Numbered from the whole stretch's first letter, positions 13,224 to 27,331 are shown. The stretch: 58,293 nucleotides of DNA, filler included, from Sphacelaria rigidula (GCA_964200075.2; 9 parts of 9 records of this genome joined end to end with filler, not necessarily neighbours in it), one strand, 5' to 3'. Notes: generated from the sequence alone by a model not told the origin. A program made the numbers and translations.

Positions 13224-16200
13224 TTAAGGACAAGAAAGAAAGAAAAAAGACGTAAATCGCCACCATCATCGATATCACTGTCACTATGAATTCTCATTTT
13301 TTTCTTTATCTTGATTCTGATTTCTGGGATTTGAGCCCCGGGAATTTGGCCAGATCCCAGGCAAAAAAGAAATCATATCCCAGCGCATAAAAATCGGCCT
13401 CCAGTCGGAGTAAATTCATTTTGGGTCCGAAATTATTGTTTTGGGGATACTCGTGTACTGACTGGGTGCCGGTATCATGAGAAAACGATTCGAAGCTACG
13501 GAGTAATTCCGTCAACCAAATGGCCGACCTTGTCCACCAAGCCGCATTATATCCTTCCCTTAGGTTGTTGCTCTATAAAACAAGAGAGAGGGCGTTGTTA
13601 CGAGGTCATTGCTACCTTGCCCTCGTCTTGGTTGCTAAGATAGCCCCACAGAAAGATCAACGGAACATATATACGAAGAGTTTGCGAGTGGCAGCACTCG
13701 CCTTAACTCAACCCCGGAGGTTGAGTTTCTCCGCGCAGGGCAAACGGGACTCTGAGCGCACCACCTGACTGGGTCGAGATTTGCAGACAAGGAGTCGACA
13801 CATGCATGGTGCAGTAATGTGGCAGATAGCCCCACGGGTACGCCCTATGCTATACTGTTGCATTTCACATTTTCAGATGCGGTCTTGTCGTGGGTGATGA
13901 TGTCGGGTGCCCAAGGTGCTGCTATGGAAACAAGTATACAGCAAAGGCTGTTACTGTTGTACTGTACTTCGATCTTTCACCCGGGGTATTTTGGGTTCGG
14001 AACTATTGCTTTTGCCATACTTGCGTAATGCGGTCAAATACGCGCCCTGCTTGAGCTGAAAGGGCGGTTCGAGGATGCAGAGTAATTTTCTGTACAAACC
14101 GAAAATGATCCATCTTGTGTGCCAGCCCGTGTTCATTTGTGACCCTTATTCCCCCAGGTTGGTTTGCTGCTCCATCACACAAGAGAGGAGATGGGTAGTG
14201 TAACCATGCACCGTTACCATATTTTACCCTCTTGTTTTCAAAATACCTGCAACAAACAGATAGTGACACATGGAACAGTTGCACCTGGATCACTTCAATC
14301 ACGGAGGTTGATTTGTCCTCTGTACCATGCACCAGATCGACTCTCAGCGGAGAAACTACTGTTGCGAGACGAGATTCGCGGTCAAGTAGGGCGTCACGAC
14401 ATGCAGACATGCGGCAAAGTACTGTCCGTCTAGTACTAATACTTGTACAACGCTATATGTAGATCCCTGTACAGTCCGACATGATGTTAGCGAGAGAAAG
14501 GGTAGCTTTGGTGCTATACTGTACTATGGATGTATGGGCCGGGTTGATTGATTGGGTTCGCGCCAGCGGTCATGTACTCGTACAGTGGGCCAAGATGCAC
14601 GGGGCAACGGCATATTGAATACCTGTACTGCGACAGATAAAATAGGTCCCCACTGAGTTTATCGGACTTTGTCAAGTTTTCGTGGTCGGTCGATATACAT
14701 GGTATACCCGAAGTGTCGGGCACTCCTCCTGAACAAGAGTCCAACACCAATGACAGACACAACAGACATCCTCACCAGCCATGGACATACCGAGCATCCC
14801 CGGGAGTGATCAGGGTGTCCCAGACAAAGTGTACATCGGCAGAGCTCGAATGAGGGTCGGTGGTGTGCAGGTTTGATAAAAAAGAATGTGTCGTGCACGC
14901 TGAGAGCGCTTGGGGGCAATCGGCCCCGACAAAGATGCGAATTTGTTTGTGAAACTGAAATCAATAGAAAAAAATAGCGAAGTTACGTACACGCCCTGCT
15001 GACATCTCTGTCTGTGAACGTGTTTGCGATCATGCACAGCCCTCACGGATCCGAGTCTATGCGGTAGACTCATAGTATATACCGTACAGAGGTCATCAAT
15101 CCTTACCCGATCATATAGCAGACAGAGCTGTTGTAGTGCAGCGTGTGGCACACTTCCACCCACCACGCTATTCGCAATAACTTGAAGTGTTGAATGTACT
15201 GTCTGTACTCGTAAACCACCACGCGTGCTTTGTACAGTAGGCTCAGGTGGGCAACAACAGACAGTTCAAGTTGTATGTCGGCAGGTGAAATACAGTTCGT
15301 GTGCACGTTTCATGTGCCGCCGTTACAACATGGATAGTCAAATCCAGTTGCGGTTCACCGATCGCATCCTCTCAAACCTCCTGTATCTGCTGCCTTATAG
15401 TACACGCAATTTACACGTTCAAAGAAGCGCTCTTCACATTTATTTGTGGGAGCGGCTCCACTATGTACTGCACTTGACTTCATCTTGTCCCTCTGAGTCG
15501 TCTGTAGTCAAGTGGCTCCCTAGAAGAGGTACAATTGTGCATACCCAGCACGCGGCATGATACCGTCGATATCTGCGCTTGTTTGTTGTGACAGGCAGTT
15601 CGGTTGCCTCAGGAGCTCGTTGTTGTTCCGTACACTCGTGTCCATTTCAATCAACGTTGAAGATCCCGAGACATGATGAGAGGGGGTACTGATGTAATTT
15701 CGCAAGATACAAAAAATCGAGAAAGATCAAAGGACAACGTGCCGCAATAAATGGCATGCCTTACAGTATGTCATGCCCTTTGTGCCGCAACACCGCGATC
15801 TTTTTCGACAGGCCAGGCACGCAAACGGGCGGCACTGAGCAGAACTGCGGTTATAACGCATGCACTGATGTCTGCGTGTGGCGCTTTGGAAATGGCCGGC
15901 ACGTTACTCTGTGGCAAAGTTGGAATGTGTAACATCGTGTGTCGTCTTGATTTCTGTCGTGACAGGGATCTTGGAGGTTACTTGTCATCGTGTCAGGTTC
16001 TGTCAAACGCAGCGGGGGCGCCACCTTCCACGTTTCTTTGTTCGCCGAGAGGAGACTAGACACGCACCCGGCAGTCATCAATCACCTGTTAGGCATGTGA
16101 GAGAAGACCTCTGTCGAATGTCAAAACGCATCGTGGTTCACCCTTGCCGTGTATATTCTCGATACTACGTGCGTGTGGGCTATATTGAGCCGTCATGAAT

Positions 16201-17837
16201 GTCAGATGTCAGCTAACGACCCAATGACTTCTCCGTGCGGTGCTTCTATACAACAAGTCATCATGATACCCTCAGCTCCCTCTCACCTCCGCTCAGTAAC
16301 AAGAGCTTCGTACTTGTACATATACATTCCCATCTCACGAGCGCAGCTCAGCAGCTGCATCCAATCAATATAGTGTCGGTGATGATAGTGCGACTTAGTG
16401 TCTTTACGTTTGGTAGCTCAGGCGCCGCACCGTCGTCAGCTTTGTTAACTATATAAATGTATATCCAACGGTCACCCCGGCCCAAGCGTTGACCGCAGTT
16501 ATTGCCATTATTTCTACACGTACATGCAGCTCACATTGCACACGGCTACGCACTCCCTCCCGTTGGTGTTGTACGGGTGATGTCCAGGAAGCAGTTCTCT
16601 ACAGGGATCCGGTGCTTTTTCCTCGCGGTGTGTCGCGTGGTTGTCGTTGTCATTGTTGTTGTTGCTGCTACTGCTGTCGTTTCCCGTGCCGACTCTATCG
16701 CTCACCATGTGCCAAACCCGGTCAGGAACGTGCACCCCACGGTAGTGGATGCCCGTTTGCACCGTCGGCATGATCGCGACGGGTGGGTGACCAGGTGGCA
16801 GTGATAGCTGTGGTAACAGTAGCAGCTGCTTTGTAGGAGTTGTGTATGTACGCAATAAATAACTGATACTGGCTTGGAAATGTCACCTGGCTGGTTCGGC
16901 GTGTGCGCTGTCTAGCCTCGCAAGTGCGCTTAGATAGCGGGTACTACCGGTGGTAAGTGAGTGTGGAGGATCACAGACAGAATGGGTGATGACCGCCGGT
17001 TTGCTGGTTCAAGGTGTTCTTATCGGGTGGAGGAGGTGCGCTCCAGCACTTTCTAACATATGAACGTACAAACACATAAATGCAAACATGTGTGTTGTTA
17101 CATGCGTGAAGCGGCAAGACGTAAGAGAGGGCAATGACCATGAATGGTGAAACGCAAACCGGAGTCCACTACATGCTGAATGCGTATCTGGGTAGCAGTA
17201 GACATTGCCTTCGATTGCCAAATATCGAGTGAACAAGGATCACCAGCTGGGCGTACAGCAGATGTGTACATATGGATTTACGGGTGCGGTTCCAAATCAG
17301 GGTCGATGTAGGGACACAACAGAGAGACGTGCCATTGCCCTGACCTCCCCGTGACATGAACGGCGCAGTTGAGGCAGGAAAAGCTATCCGAGATTGCGTA
17401 GAGTAGTGCAATGATGGAAGAAGCAATGCGCAGAAGTTCTAGTGGCGTAATCGTAGGCGCTCCGCTGCTGTCTGGCTGTAGGTATCTCCTGAAAGTGGGG
17501 GTAGGAGGGCTCGTGCCTTGCATGTTGCACAAGTCCCTCGAAAAGCAATTCTTGGGACCCTTGATGCGTCACTGCGACGGAGGAGGTAAATACCAGGGGA
17601 TTGCTGATAGTAAGCAGATGCGGCATTCTATGATTGAGTGATGCAGCGAAATCCCCCCCCTCCTAGCCAGCTCAAAAACGCGACCGAAGAAATCCCGATC
17701 TGAAGCATAACTCTGGTTTCAGACTGCTGAACCAGCTCGTATGGGCGATATCGTAGAGAACGATCCGAATCGTGTGAGTCACTTTGACATGGTGCCGGCT
17801 TCATACAGCCTACACCAACTGCCCATGCGGTAGCCCC

Positions 17838-18054
17838 TTTAATGCGTGGGAGGACCGCGTGCGTTCTGGACCGCATCGGAGTTCGAAACACCCCAGGACC
17901 GACGTTTTTCAAGACCGCTGGGGCAAGTCCCTGCAGGGACCGCACACCTGACCCTAACCCTCACACTAACACTAACCCTAACCATTAGCCTGACCATAGC
18001 GGTGTTTAAACTCCAATGCGGTCCAAAAAGCACGCGGTGTTCCCACGCACCACA
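17838..18054. mobile_element. MITE carrying internal CCCTAA-like telomeric repeats
   Basis: Inverted termini TGCGTGGGAGGACCGCGTGC / GCACGCGGTGTTCCCACGCACCACA, GCCCC direct repeat on both flanks, internal ACCCTAACCCTCACACTAACACTAACCCTAACC. Homologous to 50088-50310. Confidence 0.8.
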
Positions 18055-18189
18055 GCCCCTGCCAGTTTTCCGGCATTGCTTTACCGAAGAAAGGGCCACG
18101 CGGCGCATTGAGACTATTGCTGATTACTTGGAAACCAGCCTAACATGGGTGACCTAGGCTACCTCGATTTATCATACAGGGCAATGTAT

Positions 18190-18950
18190 GTCTCTCTATT
18201 GTGTCTTGTATTGCCGGTTTGTCGGACCGTCACACACAGGCTGTTGCTTCGGCGCTTGGCGGAAGTGGGTTCTGCTGCATCAGGACTCAAATGACATTCT
18301 CTGCGCTTCCACAATTGTTTTTCGGGCGCGTGGGATGACTTTTTATTAGATGCTGCGTGGAGTCGGGTACGCTGTTGACGGGCCCACCTGATGGCAGCTG
18401 TGTTCACGGACAGCCGATTCGACTTTGGAACGCGCGTCGATCGCTTCATTTCCGAAAGTGACATGCGGGAGTGTACAGTTTGGCTCATTGTTCTTGGTTT
18501 TCAACGAGAAGCAATATGCTCACTTTCGAGAACAGAAGCGTGACATCCCTGGGCGCTGCCTGCCCTGTGGAAAAAATGAGAATGTTCCTCTTTGAAACAA
18601 AGGGATGTAGGCGAGACTGTACAACACCCTTGCCAGGTCCCTCCGAACTGTGTTCGCCAGCGAAGCAATGGACGCGTCCCAAAGTCGAACCTGCTGTCCG
18701 TGAACACATTTGTTATCAGCTGTACCCGCCGACAGCCCACAAGGTGCATCAAAGAATTGACCACACAGGGCGTCAGAGCTGGTTTCTTAGTGCATGACGC
18801 GACTCAAATGGGCGTGACAGCTGGCTTCTCACGTGAAGACGCTCTTCATGCGGGCGAGACCGGCGAAAACGATCCTAAAAGTGGGACATTCGTCTCGCTC
18901 GATGCGCTCGGCTCCTGTCATTTTCGCGCAAGGCCGACACAATAACTGGT
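18190..18950. repeat. Old inverted-repeat (foldback) element
   Basis: TGTTCACGGACAGCCGATTCGACTTTGGAACGCG (~18402) is the reverse complement of CGCGTCCCAAAGTCGAACCTGCTGTCCGTGAACA (~18673). Outer limits are approximate. Confidence 0.55.
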
Positions 18951-19619
18951 GATGTGGAAACCAGCTTCATATAGATGATGTTAGACTTAGAGTCAGCTTG
19001 ATTCCCCCCCCCCGCGCGCGCAACGAAAGGTATATATACTGAGGACCGACGCAAGAAGCGACGAGAATGTCGTTAATCGAACCCTAGTTGGTTCATGAGC
19101 GACGGCATCATTCCGTCGTGAAAGTACTGCTGAAAGTCTATTGAGAGACAAACCACACAGGGAAGCGCCGCCCAGGCGTCATGTGCGCCAACTTCGAATA
19201 TGTCTGTGTCAACCCGTGCAAAGCTATATAATATGTAGAACAAACACCATGGCACAGACGATTGGAAAGGATGATCATGGATAAGTAATGAGTCATGCTA
19301 CGATAGGGGGGAAGGGGATTTTTTTTTTTTTTTTCGTCCCCAGAGGACAGGAAGGAACCTTTTATCNNNNNNNNNNNNNNNNNNNNNNNNNNNNNNNNNN
19401 NNNNNNNNNNTTAATTAATTAANNNNNNNNNNNNNNNNNNNNNNNNNNNNNNNNNNNNNNNNNNNNGAACTATGTGCGTGCTGTTCACCTGCCTTGTCCG
19501 AGTACAGGCTGTACTCTGCAAGCACAGAGAGTGCAGGAGTGCAAGGTTGCAAATGTAATGCGTGAGAGGAAAACGATCAAGGGATAAAAAAAGAACAGTG
19601 GAAGATTGCGATGCAGGTG

Positions 19620-20625
19620 AACAGCGATCGCCCATCCTAACACGTAGCTCAGTCGGTGGACCCTGCCACAAAATTAGATGCCCAAGTTTTCGCCAACAAG
19701 AAGAAACGCCAAAAGTGTGGTGATGTCGGTTCAGGCACACGTTTCACTGCAGTAACGTTGGTGTGTGGCGGCCACGACTGCTGCAGTTCGTGTTCTTGTC
19801 TTGGCGCAGGCGTGTTGAGCTGCTTCGATTTTCGTACGTGCACTGGCCATCATGAGGTCGGCAAATGCATCATTTTTGAGTTCACCGCCTGCACATACTG
19901 CAAAGGGTTTGTGAAGTATTCAATTTGAACCAACCCGTATCCTTTGCCAAGTGCTACATTTCGCTGGTGATCAATCCCTTATTCTAATTGATTCCTCTGC
20001 GGTCTGCCATGTGCTGAGCCGGTCTAACCTTACCGGCCTACAAAGAAAGGACAGCTTCGCGATTCATGAACGAGTATACTTTATCCCCGAGTGGCGGAGG
20101 GCGAGATCGTGAATTAGATGGTGCTGATTTGTGAAAACCGTTCCAGCGCAGAAGTGGCCCGGCGTGACCTGCCGTCGGACTGCGGACTTCCTCTGCCATT
20201 TCACAAATATCCCTCTGTGAACAGACACTGAAAATGACACCAGTAAAGAAGCAGATTCGAACCACGATCAGTTTTGCACCGCCTCTACTGTGCATGAGCG
20301 CGTATGCAATTCGATCGCCCACGCCAACACGCAGCTCAGTCGGTAGACCCTGCCACAAAATTAGAAAATGATACCAGCAGTGAAGCAGATTCGAACCACG
20401 ACCAGTTCTGCACAGCCTCTACTATTCATGAGCGCGTATGTAATTCGATCGCCCACCCCAACGCGCAGCTCAGTCGGTGGACCCTGCCACAAAATTAGAT
20501 GCCCAAGTTTTCGCCATCAAGAATAAACGCCGAAAGTGTGGTGGTGTCAGTTTAGGCACACGTCTCACTGCAGTAACGTTGATATGTGGCGGCCACGACT
20601 GCTGCAGTTCGTGTTCTTGTCTTGT
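19620..20625. repeat. Local segmental and tandem duplications
   Basis: A ~180-nt block at 19624-19803 recurs at ~20446-20625, and a ~133-nt unit is tandemly repeated across ~20230-20498. Confidence 0.85.
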
Positions 20626-20934
20626 CAAGTTCGAATGACGGTAAACGTGGGGTGGCACCTCGAGGTCGTGTGCTTCCGTAGTAGTACAGCAGCTGATGCA
20701 TGCTGTAAAAAGTCTGTGTTCAGGTTCTAAAAAACACTGCAGAATTGCCGTTGTGTTCAGTGTAGTACTCTGTACTCCATATAGTGGGGTCACGTTTTGG
20801 GCAGTTTTTCGAAACGTTCTGCTCGGTTTTTTTCGAAGTTCTGATTGGTTCTGAAAATATATTCTGAAAAAAACGAGACAGTTCATTTTCACAGAAACCC
20901 AATGCCGAATATGAAATGGCCTGAGACAACAGCC

Positions 20935-21105
20935 AATTTGAAAATTGGGATGGGGTTCAACCCCAATTCGAGAAATCGAGACTTCACGCCAAACAGAGTC
21001 ACCACGGGAAAGCATTTATTTCGCAAGCAGAGATTCTTTTGCAGTTACGCCGGTGTGGTCAAGTCCACCAAATGAATGCCGCGCACACGCGTGTCGATGA
21101 CCGTC
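20935..21105. repeat. Dispersed repeat shared with 31645-31800
   Basis: GGGGTTCAACCC.AATTCGA...TTCACGCCAAACAG...CGCCGGTGTGGT...CACCAAATGAATGCCG.GCACACGCGTGTCGATGACC occurs in two contigs. Confidence 0.75.
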
Positions 21106-22194
21106 CACTAATGAAACACACAAGAACAACGCCTTCCGATGGAAAGCTGACCTCCAATCTCACGAAAGCCTTATTTTTAGCATTTCACAAATCGCGTGAT
21201 ACAGGTGAACGAAACAGGCAAGCGTTCATTCCTATATTTTCCGTGTCGGAGGAACACACAAGAGCACCATGTTACGGGTGTTGTCGCTGTCCTTGGTTGG
21301 GCGTGACGCACGTTATATCACCACTCTTGCCACGCCTTGACCCGCTGTTTTCATGAGTCAATCTTGTTGTGGACAGCAGAACGCACCGTCGAATACGTCA
21401 GCAGTGCTGCGTTGTCAACCGACTCCAGCCGGTATATAGCGTGTACGTGTGCTTGTTCCACCAAATTCAGATAATGTATACAAGTTCGATAGGATGAACA
21501 GAAACGTTCAGCACGGAAGCTGCTTGCTCGTCGGAACGCGATCTTCCACGCCGTGCCCCCCGCACTCGTAGTTAGGCCACGATAAACGTATAATTAGGGT
21601 AACCCCGGCCATGACATCGAGGTGCGTGCACATTGCCTGCGCATCATCTGTCTCGACCATTTACGTGATAGTATGAACTTCATTCATAGTCAGGAATGAG
21701 CTGCGAACTCATGGCAGTACACCAACGTGCCGAAATCGCCCCTTCAGAGCTTGTTGTCGACGAACAAGTGGGAGCACGGACATACTACAACCACGGCACA
21801 AGAAACACGGCAGACACCGGTCTCTCGCATGACAACCCGTGCTTCCATGTTTTCTTATCCCCGCCCATCAAAAAAGAGAGAGAGGGGGAAAGAGGGCACG
21901 CGGACCACCATGGTGCGCATGGAAATGAAATAATAAAAAACTGTGCAAATGTGCCCGCTGCGGGGTAGGCGGCGGTCTTCCTTCTCCCCTTCTCCTGGCC
22001 CTTCATCCCCATCGCCCCCTCCCCGACTGGACACACTTTCTCTGACGTCGCGAGGCGGAGCACACCACCATCTACCCTCTTCGATTTACATACAGCAACA
22101 GTACAACCAACGCACAACCGCCTGGGCAAACGTCACATATCTCGCATCTCGTAATACTATTAAGCATCGCTTCAACCTTTATCAATCACTCATC

Positions 22195-24826
22195 CTAGAG
22201 GGGCTTCCGGCAGACAGCCAGGTACATGGGAGTGAACGTGCCCGTTATCCCACCCTGCGCGCAGCCCATACCCCCCTGCTGAAGCATTCCCTGCACCTTG
22301 TTTGTGCCTGCAGGCGCCAGCCGTATCTAGGCAGAGTTGGAAGCGGGGACGGTCGGGGGAGGTTGGAGTTTGGTTCGGATAACATGAGGGTGGCACCATA
22401 ATGACAGCATACGAGGACAGCGAGAAAGGTGTGTGTACATCAGGTGGGCCGAAACAGCGAGACTGCTCCCTTCCAAACAAGCTCTTCCCTACCTCGATGA
22501 CTTCTCGATAACGACGAGCCAAGACAAGATACAAGCGCACAAGATGGTATCATCTACTCGACCTTCTCGTTCCAGCTGCCCTCCTTGAAATAACTCCTGG
22601 TACAACACCTTCCACACAGAAATATCGAACGCCCAACTGGTTAAGGGGTGATTGTGCGATAGGGCTACCATAGCAAGGTGGGTACGAGGCTATGCTCTGT
22701 CAGCGTTCACACTGGACTCAACGGAGCAGAGGCCGTGGAGAGGATACTGCAATCCGAGGGTCGTGTGTATCTCCCAATTTTTTCCCATCTCTAACCCATA
22801 TTACGCCCTGCAACGAACAAAAACAAAACACTTACAGGATCAACACTCCTGCTATCTGCTGTACTCGTTACTGTCACTGTTTCCCTCGATTCCGACCTGG
22901 ACGGACGGCAAGCTCCCGTGAAATACTTTCCAAGGTTGCGCGCGAGCGATACACTGCGTACGATCCTCACCATTTCCATGACGTAAAGAGCAGCCTTCGT
23001 TAGTCTCAAGCCAAGCCAGTTGAACTGAAATCGCTGAGATAAGATGTTCCAGCCTGGTGTGAGCGGGTAATACCACGTAACTCCGCCTGGATTGTCGTCG
23101 AGGGCCATATCTCTTGCCTCCAGAATGTCAAATCCCGACCTCTTCAGAGCACTGTTTATGGCGCTTGGTTGGCACATGTCGGGCAGACCGTCACCTTCCT
23201 GCGATTTCACCGAGAACGCGGGTAGTGCGGACATCCAAATCAGAAACCATGGTGAGAATGGTGCGGGTGGCGGGAAAAGGGCATTCCTGAGTGCTTATCC
23301 ACAAACCGAACGCAACGGTGACGCCAAGCGCTTCCCAGCACATGAATGGAACGTGAAGGATCTACAGGCTGGTTCACACTTATCAACCTAAAAACACTCA
23401 TCAGCAGAACTCCATGCCGTTTGTAATAGTGAGACCCTGAAAACTCGCACAATTTTCTGTGGGTCATTACGCAACTTTCGAAGATCGAGGGGTTTTTCTT
23501 CGTTTTCTCACCATTTTCCTGGGGTCTCAGGGTTTGGGGGGGGACATGGATCCTGTCGGACTCGCCAAAAACAGAAAAAAAAGCAAAGAGTAAAACGAAC
23601 TCGTCCATCGAAAGTTGCGTGACGACCGATAGCATATTTGTGTAAAGTTGCGGGGTCCAAGTCCTAAAAAAAGCGTGAAGTTTTGCGCGTTTGTGCGATG
23701 ACGTGAGCTCGACACGTGCAAGCTCCTAACGACGTGGTTTTATTATGAACACATCTTTTTCAGGTTTATTTAACGTTAAGGCGAGAAAAACCAATGAGGT
23801 TTCCGAGTTTCTCTGCCAAATTTTGTTCATATCTTCCTTGGACTACCCCGGGACGCATCATATTATTTTTCTTCTCTTGAGGCATCCTGTACTGCCTTCC
23901 GGGGGTCTTCGCACTGGCACCACCGGAAGCCGGTAGAGAACCGAGAAACTTTGAGTTACTGCCAAGAGCACATTTTTTTTTTCCATTTGAAGCACCAATA
24001 CCTACGGCACTGCCATGTTTGTGGGCGATCTGAGGTTTTTTACGACAGATACCAGGGAAAACGTCACGAGGCCCCCTGGGTCTTTCGTGCCTATCATCAG
24101 TGGAAATTAGACGGCACCAAAAATCTTCATAAGCGAAACACCACGGATTCGAGGAAAGTCCGATTCCGCACGAACCGTTTTCAAAATTGTATTTTTCGTT
24201 AGATTCCCGAGCTGATGACGGTTACTACAATTTGAAGCATGTGGAGATAGGGTGAAAATTGGGCTTCGAATTCGTATATTCGATTTCAGAACAATTTGAA
24301 GGGCGCCGATGAGTCGAGGTACCTTTTCGCCCTTAGCGCCACCACCGTATCCTTGAATACAAATCCAGCTTTGCCACGCTCTTCAGCTGTTCATGGCGGT
24401 CAGTATGATATCATGTATGTGACTAATGGGTAGGTATTGCGAAAGGTATCTGCTGATGACACAATTTTGGGTGATACGCGTGAACCAGTCTGTCCGACAG
24501 CGGAAACTGTTCGAGATGCTGGAGCTGAGAACTCCAGGAAGGCCACTGGTCATGCTGCGCAAGATATCAACCGTTCGAAAGGTATGGTGGGTTGGATGTC
24601 AGGCGTCTCCCTGCCTCCATCACCAGTTCCTCGGCACACTGAGCAACCCCTTCGAGATGCGATGGACAGCCACTACATGGGGGAGGGTGTACATACCTCG
24701 ATTTGCTTCTTGATGATCCGGTGCTGTTCATTGCTAGGGTCGTACGTGTCGGTGAGGCACCACTCGTAGCACGCGAACACGCAACCGGGTTTCAGGACGC
24801 GGTAGATCTCGCTGTACACGCCCATC
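22195..24826 (-). CDS. SMT: Sterol 24-C-methyltransferase (SMT/ERG6 family), last three exons; 5' part not in this contig
   Basis: Exons 24826-24697 ([43 protein letters not shown]), 23198-22971 ([11 protein letters not shown]...[11 protein letters not shown]...WYYPL...LYVMEM) and 22326-22195 ([43 protein letters not shown]). Canonical GT-AG splicing, in frame, with the [17 protein letters not shown] and FTPMY motifs of sterol methyltransferases. Confidence 0.95.
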
Positions 24827-26098
24827 CTACCAAGCGTTCACAGGGGACACACGATTGCACGGCGTGTTGTGCGGAGGACTCGAGTGTAACGCCTTAGAAT
24901 TTCGCCTTGGTTCAATACGATCTACCTCTGCTGTGTTCATACCAAGGTCAGGTATCCAAGAGCACGGTATAATCGAGTTAACCTACGCTTCATCATCAAC
25001 ACAATCTCCAACACCGTGCCCCCTAGTACACGGACGGCACGACGCGTGCCCTACATGAAAGAAACACACGGCATAAAACGCACATCGTGTGCGTGTAGTA
25101 CGAGGCCTAGAGAGCTTACATTCGCCAGCAAGAGCCCTGTGCGGCGGAATCGCAGTGCCTAGTATGTTGCTTTAAATGAGCGTTTCGACCGCACATTCCA
25201 TGCTCCAACAACCCGCACAGAGTTGACGATACCCTTACCCACGAAGTACCTGCGGCGACAAGTACACTTGCAATGGATGGCTGGCATGCACACCTACCAG
25301 TGCACGAGTTTCGACTTGATACACCATTGCTACAAATGTAAAGGCTCAGGTGAACACAAAACCACAAGCAGCGAAAGCTGCACACCGTTTGGGGCTATTA
25401 ATCATCTCTTGGCCTTGAAACACGGCTGCAAGCAAGCCCTCCTTGTCTGTGTGGTGGTATTATACGTGAGGTAGTGCAGCACGACTCACGTGCGATTGCG
25501 ATCCAGATGCCAGAATGGAAAATGAACACAGTGTATAGTTTGTGTAAAAGCTGTGCCAGATCTCGCGAAACATCCCTCGCCAGCTTATGCGACGTGAAGG
25601 GTATTTTAGACAAGCCGGAGTTTTCCGAGGATTGACTTGTTGAGGTGGTCTGAAGTTGCGCGCCGGCATGATTGTGACTACATGCTTCATCATAGCTGCC
25701 GACTCCACCATGTGTTGATTTTTCGGGGTGATGTTGAGATGACTCCATACAAGAACAATCAAGTAAAACACTGGACAGGTGTCTGTCACACACACAAGAC
25801 ACTTTCTACGATAGCCCCCCCAAAAAAAGTGCATGGTTTTGGGAAGCAAAATCTNNNNNNNNNNNNNNNNNNNNNNNNNNNNNNNNNNNNNNNNNNNNTT
25901 AATTAATTAANNNNNNNNNNNNNNNNNNNNNNNNNNNNNNNNNNNNNNNNNNNNAAATCAGGCGGCTGCATTAGTAGCTTTTCTGGGGAAGGGGGGGGGG
26001 GTGAGCTATACCGGATGTTGGCGAAAACACCGTCGGTATACCGGTTTTTGGCGATTGCCCATCAACGACAGTAGTCCTCACACATGAATACGAAACTA

Positions 26099-26208
26099 CA
26101 CGGGTGGCCACTGGAGCGTCTGCACCCCCAAATTTGGACGTTACAGTTGTTGTACGAGGTCTGTAACGTCCAAATTTGAGGGTGCAGGCACCCCAGTGGC
26201 CACCCGTG
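26099..26208. mobile_element. Small palindromic MITE, TA TSD
   Basis: TA-CACGGGTGGCCACTGG...CCAGTGGCCACCCGTG-TA; the whole element folds back. Confidence 0.9.
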
Positions 26209-26315
26209 TACCTGAGGCGGGAGTCGGCCATAGCTTCTGTGGAATAAGGTAAAACAATTACCGACAGTGTACATAGATAGCGATCGACGCCATTCAGCTC
26301 CCGTTTTGGCCAGCA

Positions 26316-26520
26316 ATAGTTATTGGTGGCCGCGGTTCAGATTGCATTGTGACCAGGGATAGACATTGGTGACCGGGATTCAGATTATATTGTCACCAGC
26401 AATAGACATTGGTGAGCGACATTCATATTCTATTGTGCCCAACGATATGTATTGGTAGCCGCGTTGCAGATCCTACTGCGATTAGCAATAGACATTGGTG
26501 GCCGCAATTCAGAGCCTTTT
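26316..26520. repeat. 43-bp degenerate tandem array
   Basis: ATAGACATTGGTG-type units start at 26316, 26359, 26402, 26445 and 26488. Confidence 0.85.
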
Positions 26521-26539
26521 GCAAAAAACAACATGCATT

Positions 26540-26832
26540 CACGGGTGGGCACTGGGGTCTGTAACCTGGCCATTTTGAGACCTTATCCACCTTTGGCAAG
26601 GTCCGCGGGTTGGGTAGACAACTGAAGAGCATTCGCACAGTATGGACAGGATCGAAACAAAACATGTCCCAGTCTATAGGCGGGTGACACCCTTGTAGAC
26701 TGGAACATGCTTTGTTTCGAACCTGTCCATGCTGTGCGAATGCTCTTCAGTTGTCTACCTAATCCGCGGACCTTACCAACTGTGGATAAGGTCCCAAAAT
26801 GGCCAGGTTACAGACCCCAGTGGCCACCCGTG
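26540..26832. mobile_element. 293-nt near-perfect palindromic MITE (same CACGGGTGGCCACTG termini)
   Basis: Arms of ~140 nt are about 90% complementary, with almost no loop. Confidence 0.9.
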
Positions 26833-27331
26833 TTGATAGAAAACGTGGCCACTCCATTGTCACGGCAATGATACATTTTGTCCCTTGTCCCGAATCTATT
26901 GTCGCCTACAATAGCTATCGATAGATAATGATGCCAGTCGATTATGACTGGCAATAAACGTTGACAGTTAAGTTTTCGAGGCTATTGCAGCCGCAATGTT
27001 CTATTACATAGTCTATTGTCCAGGGTATAAGCACATTTCACCCACGCAAAAAAGTTCTACAAGCGCCAATATCCATCAGAGGGACAAAGCCTGAGGACCA
27101 ACATCATACCAACAACAAAACTCGTAACATTTTGTCCACACATATTGCGGATTCCTACATCATACAGCCGTCCCAAATTTGCAGAATCGTGGCGTCATAT
27201 TTTCACAAGTAGTGTCATCATATACCCACTGCATCTTCACCTGCGGCTTGTCTACTGTGCTTTACAAGAGTATAATATGCGCTATAGATGGTATGTTGCA
27301 ATGTAGGTGTGGCAGTAGACGACAGAGAATA

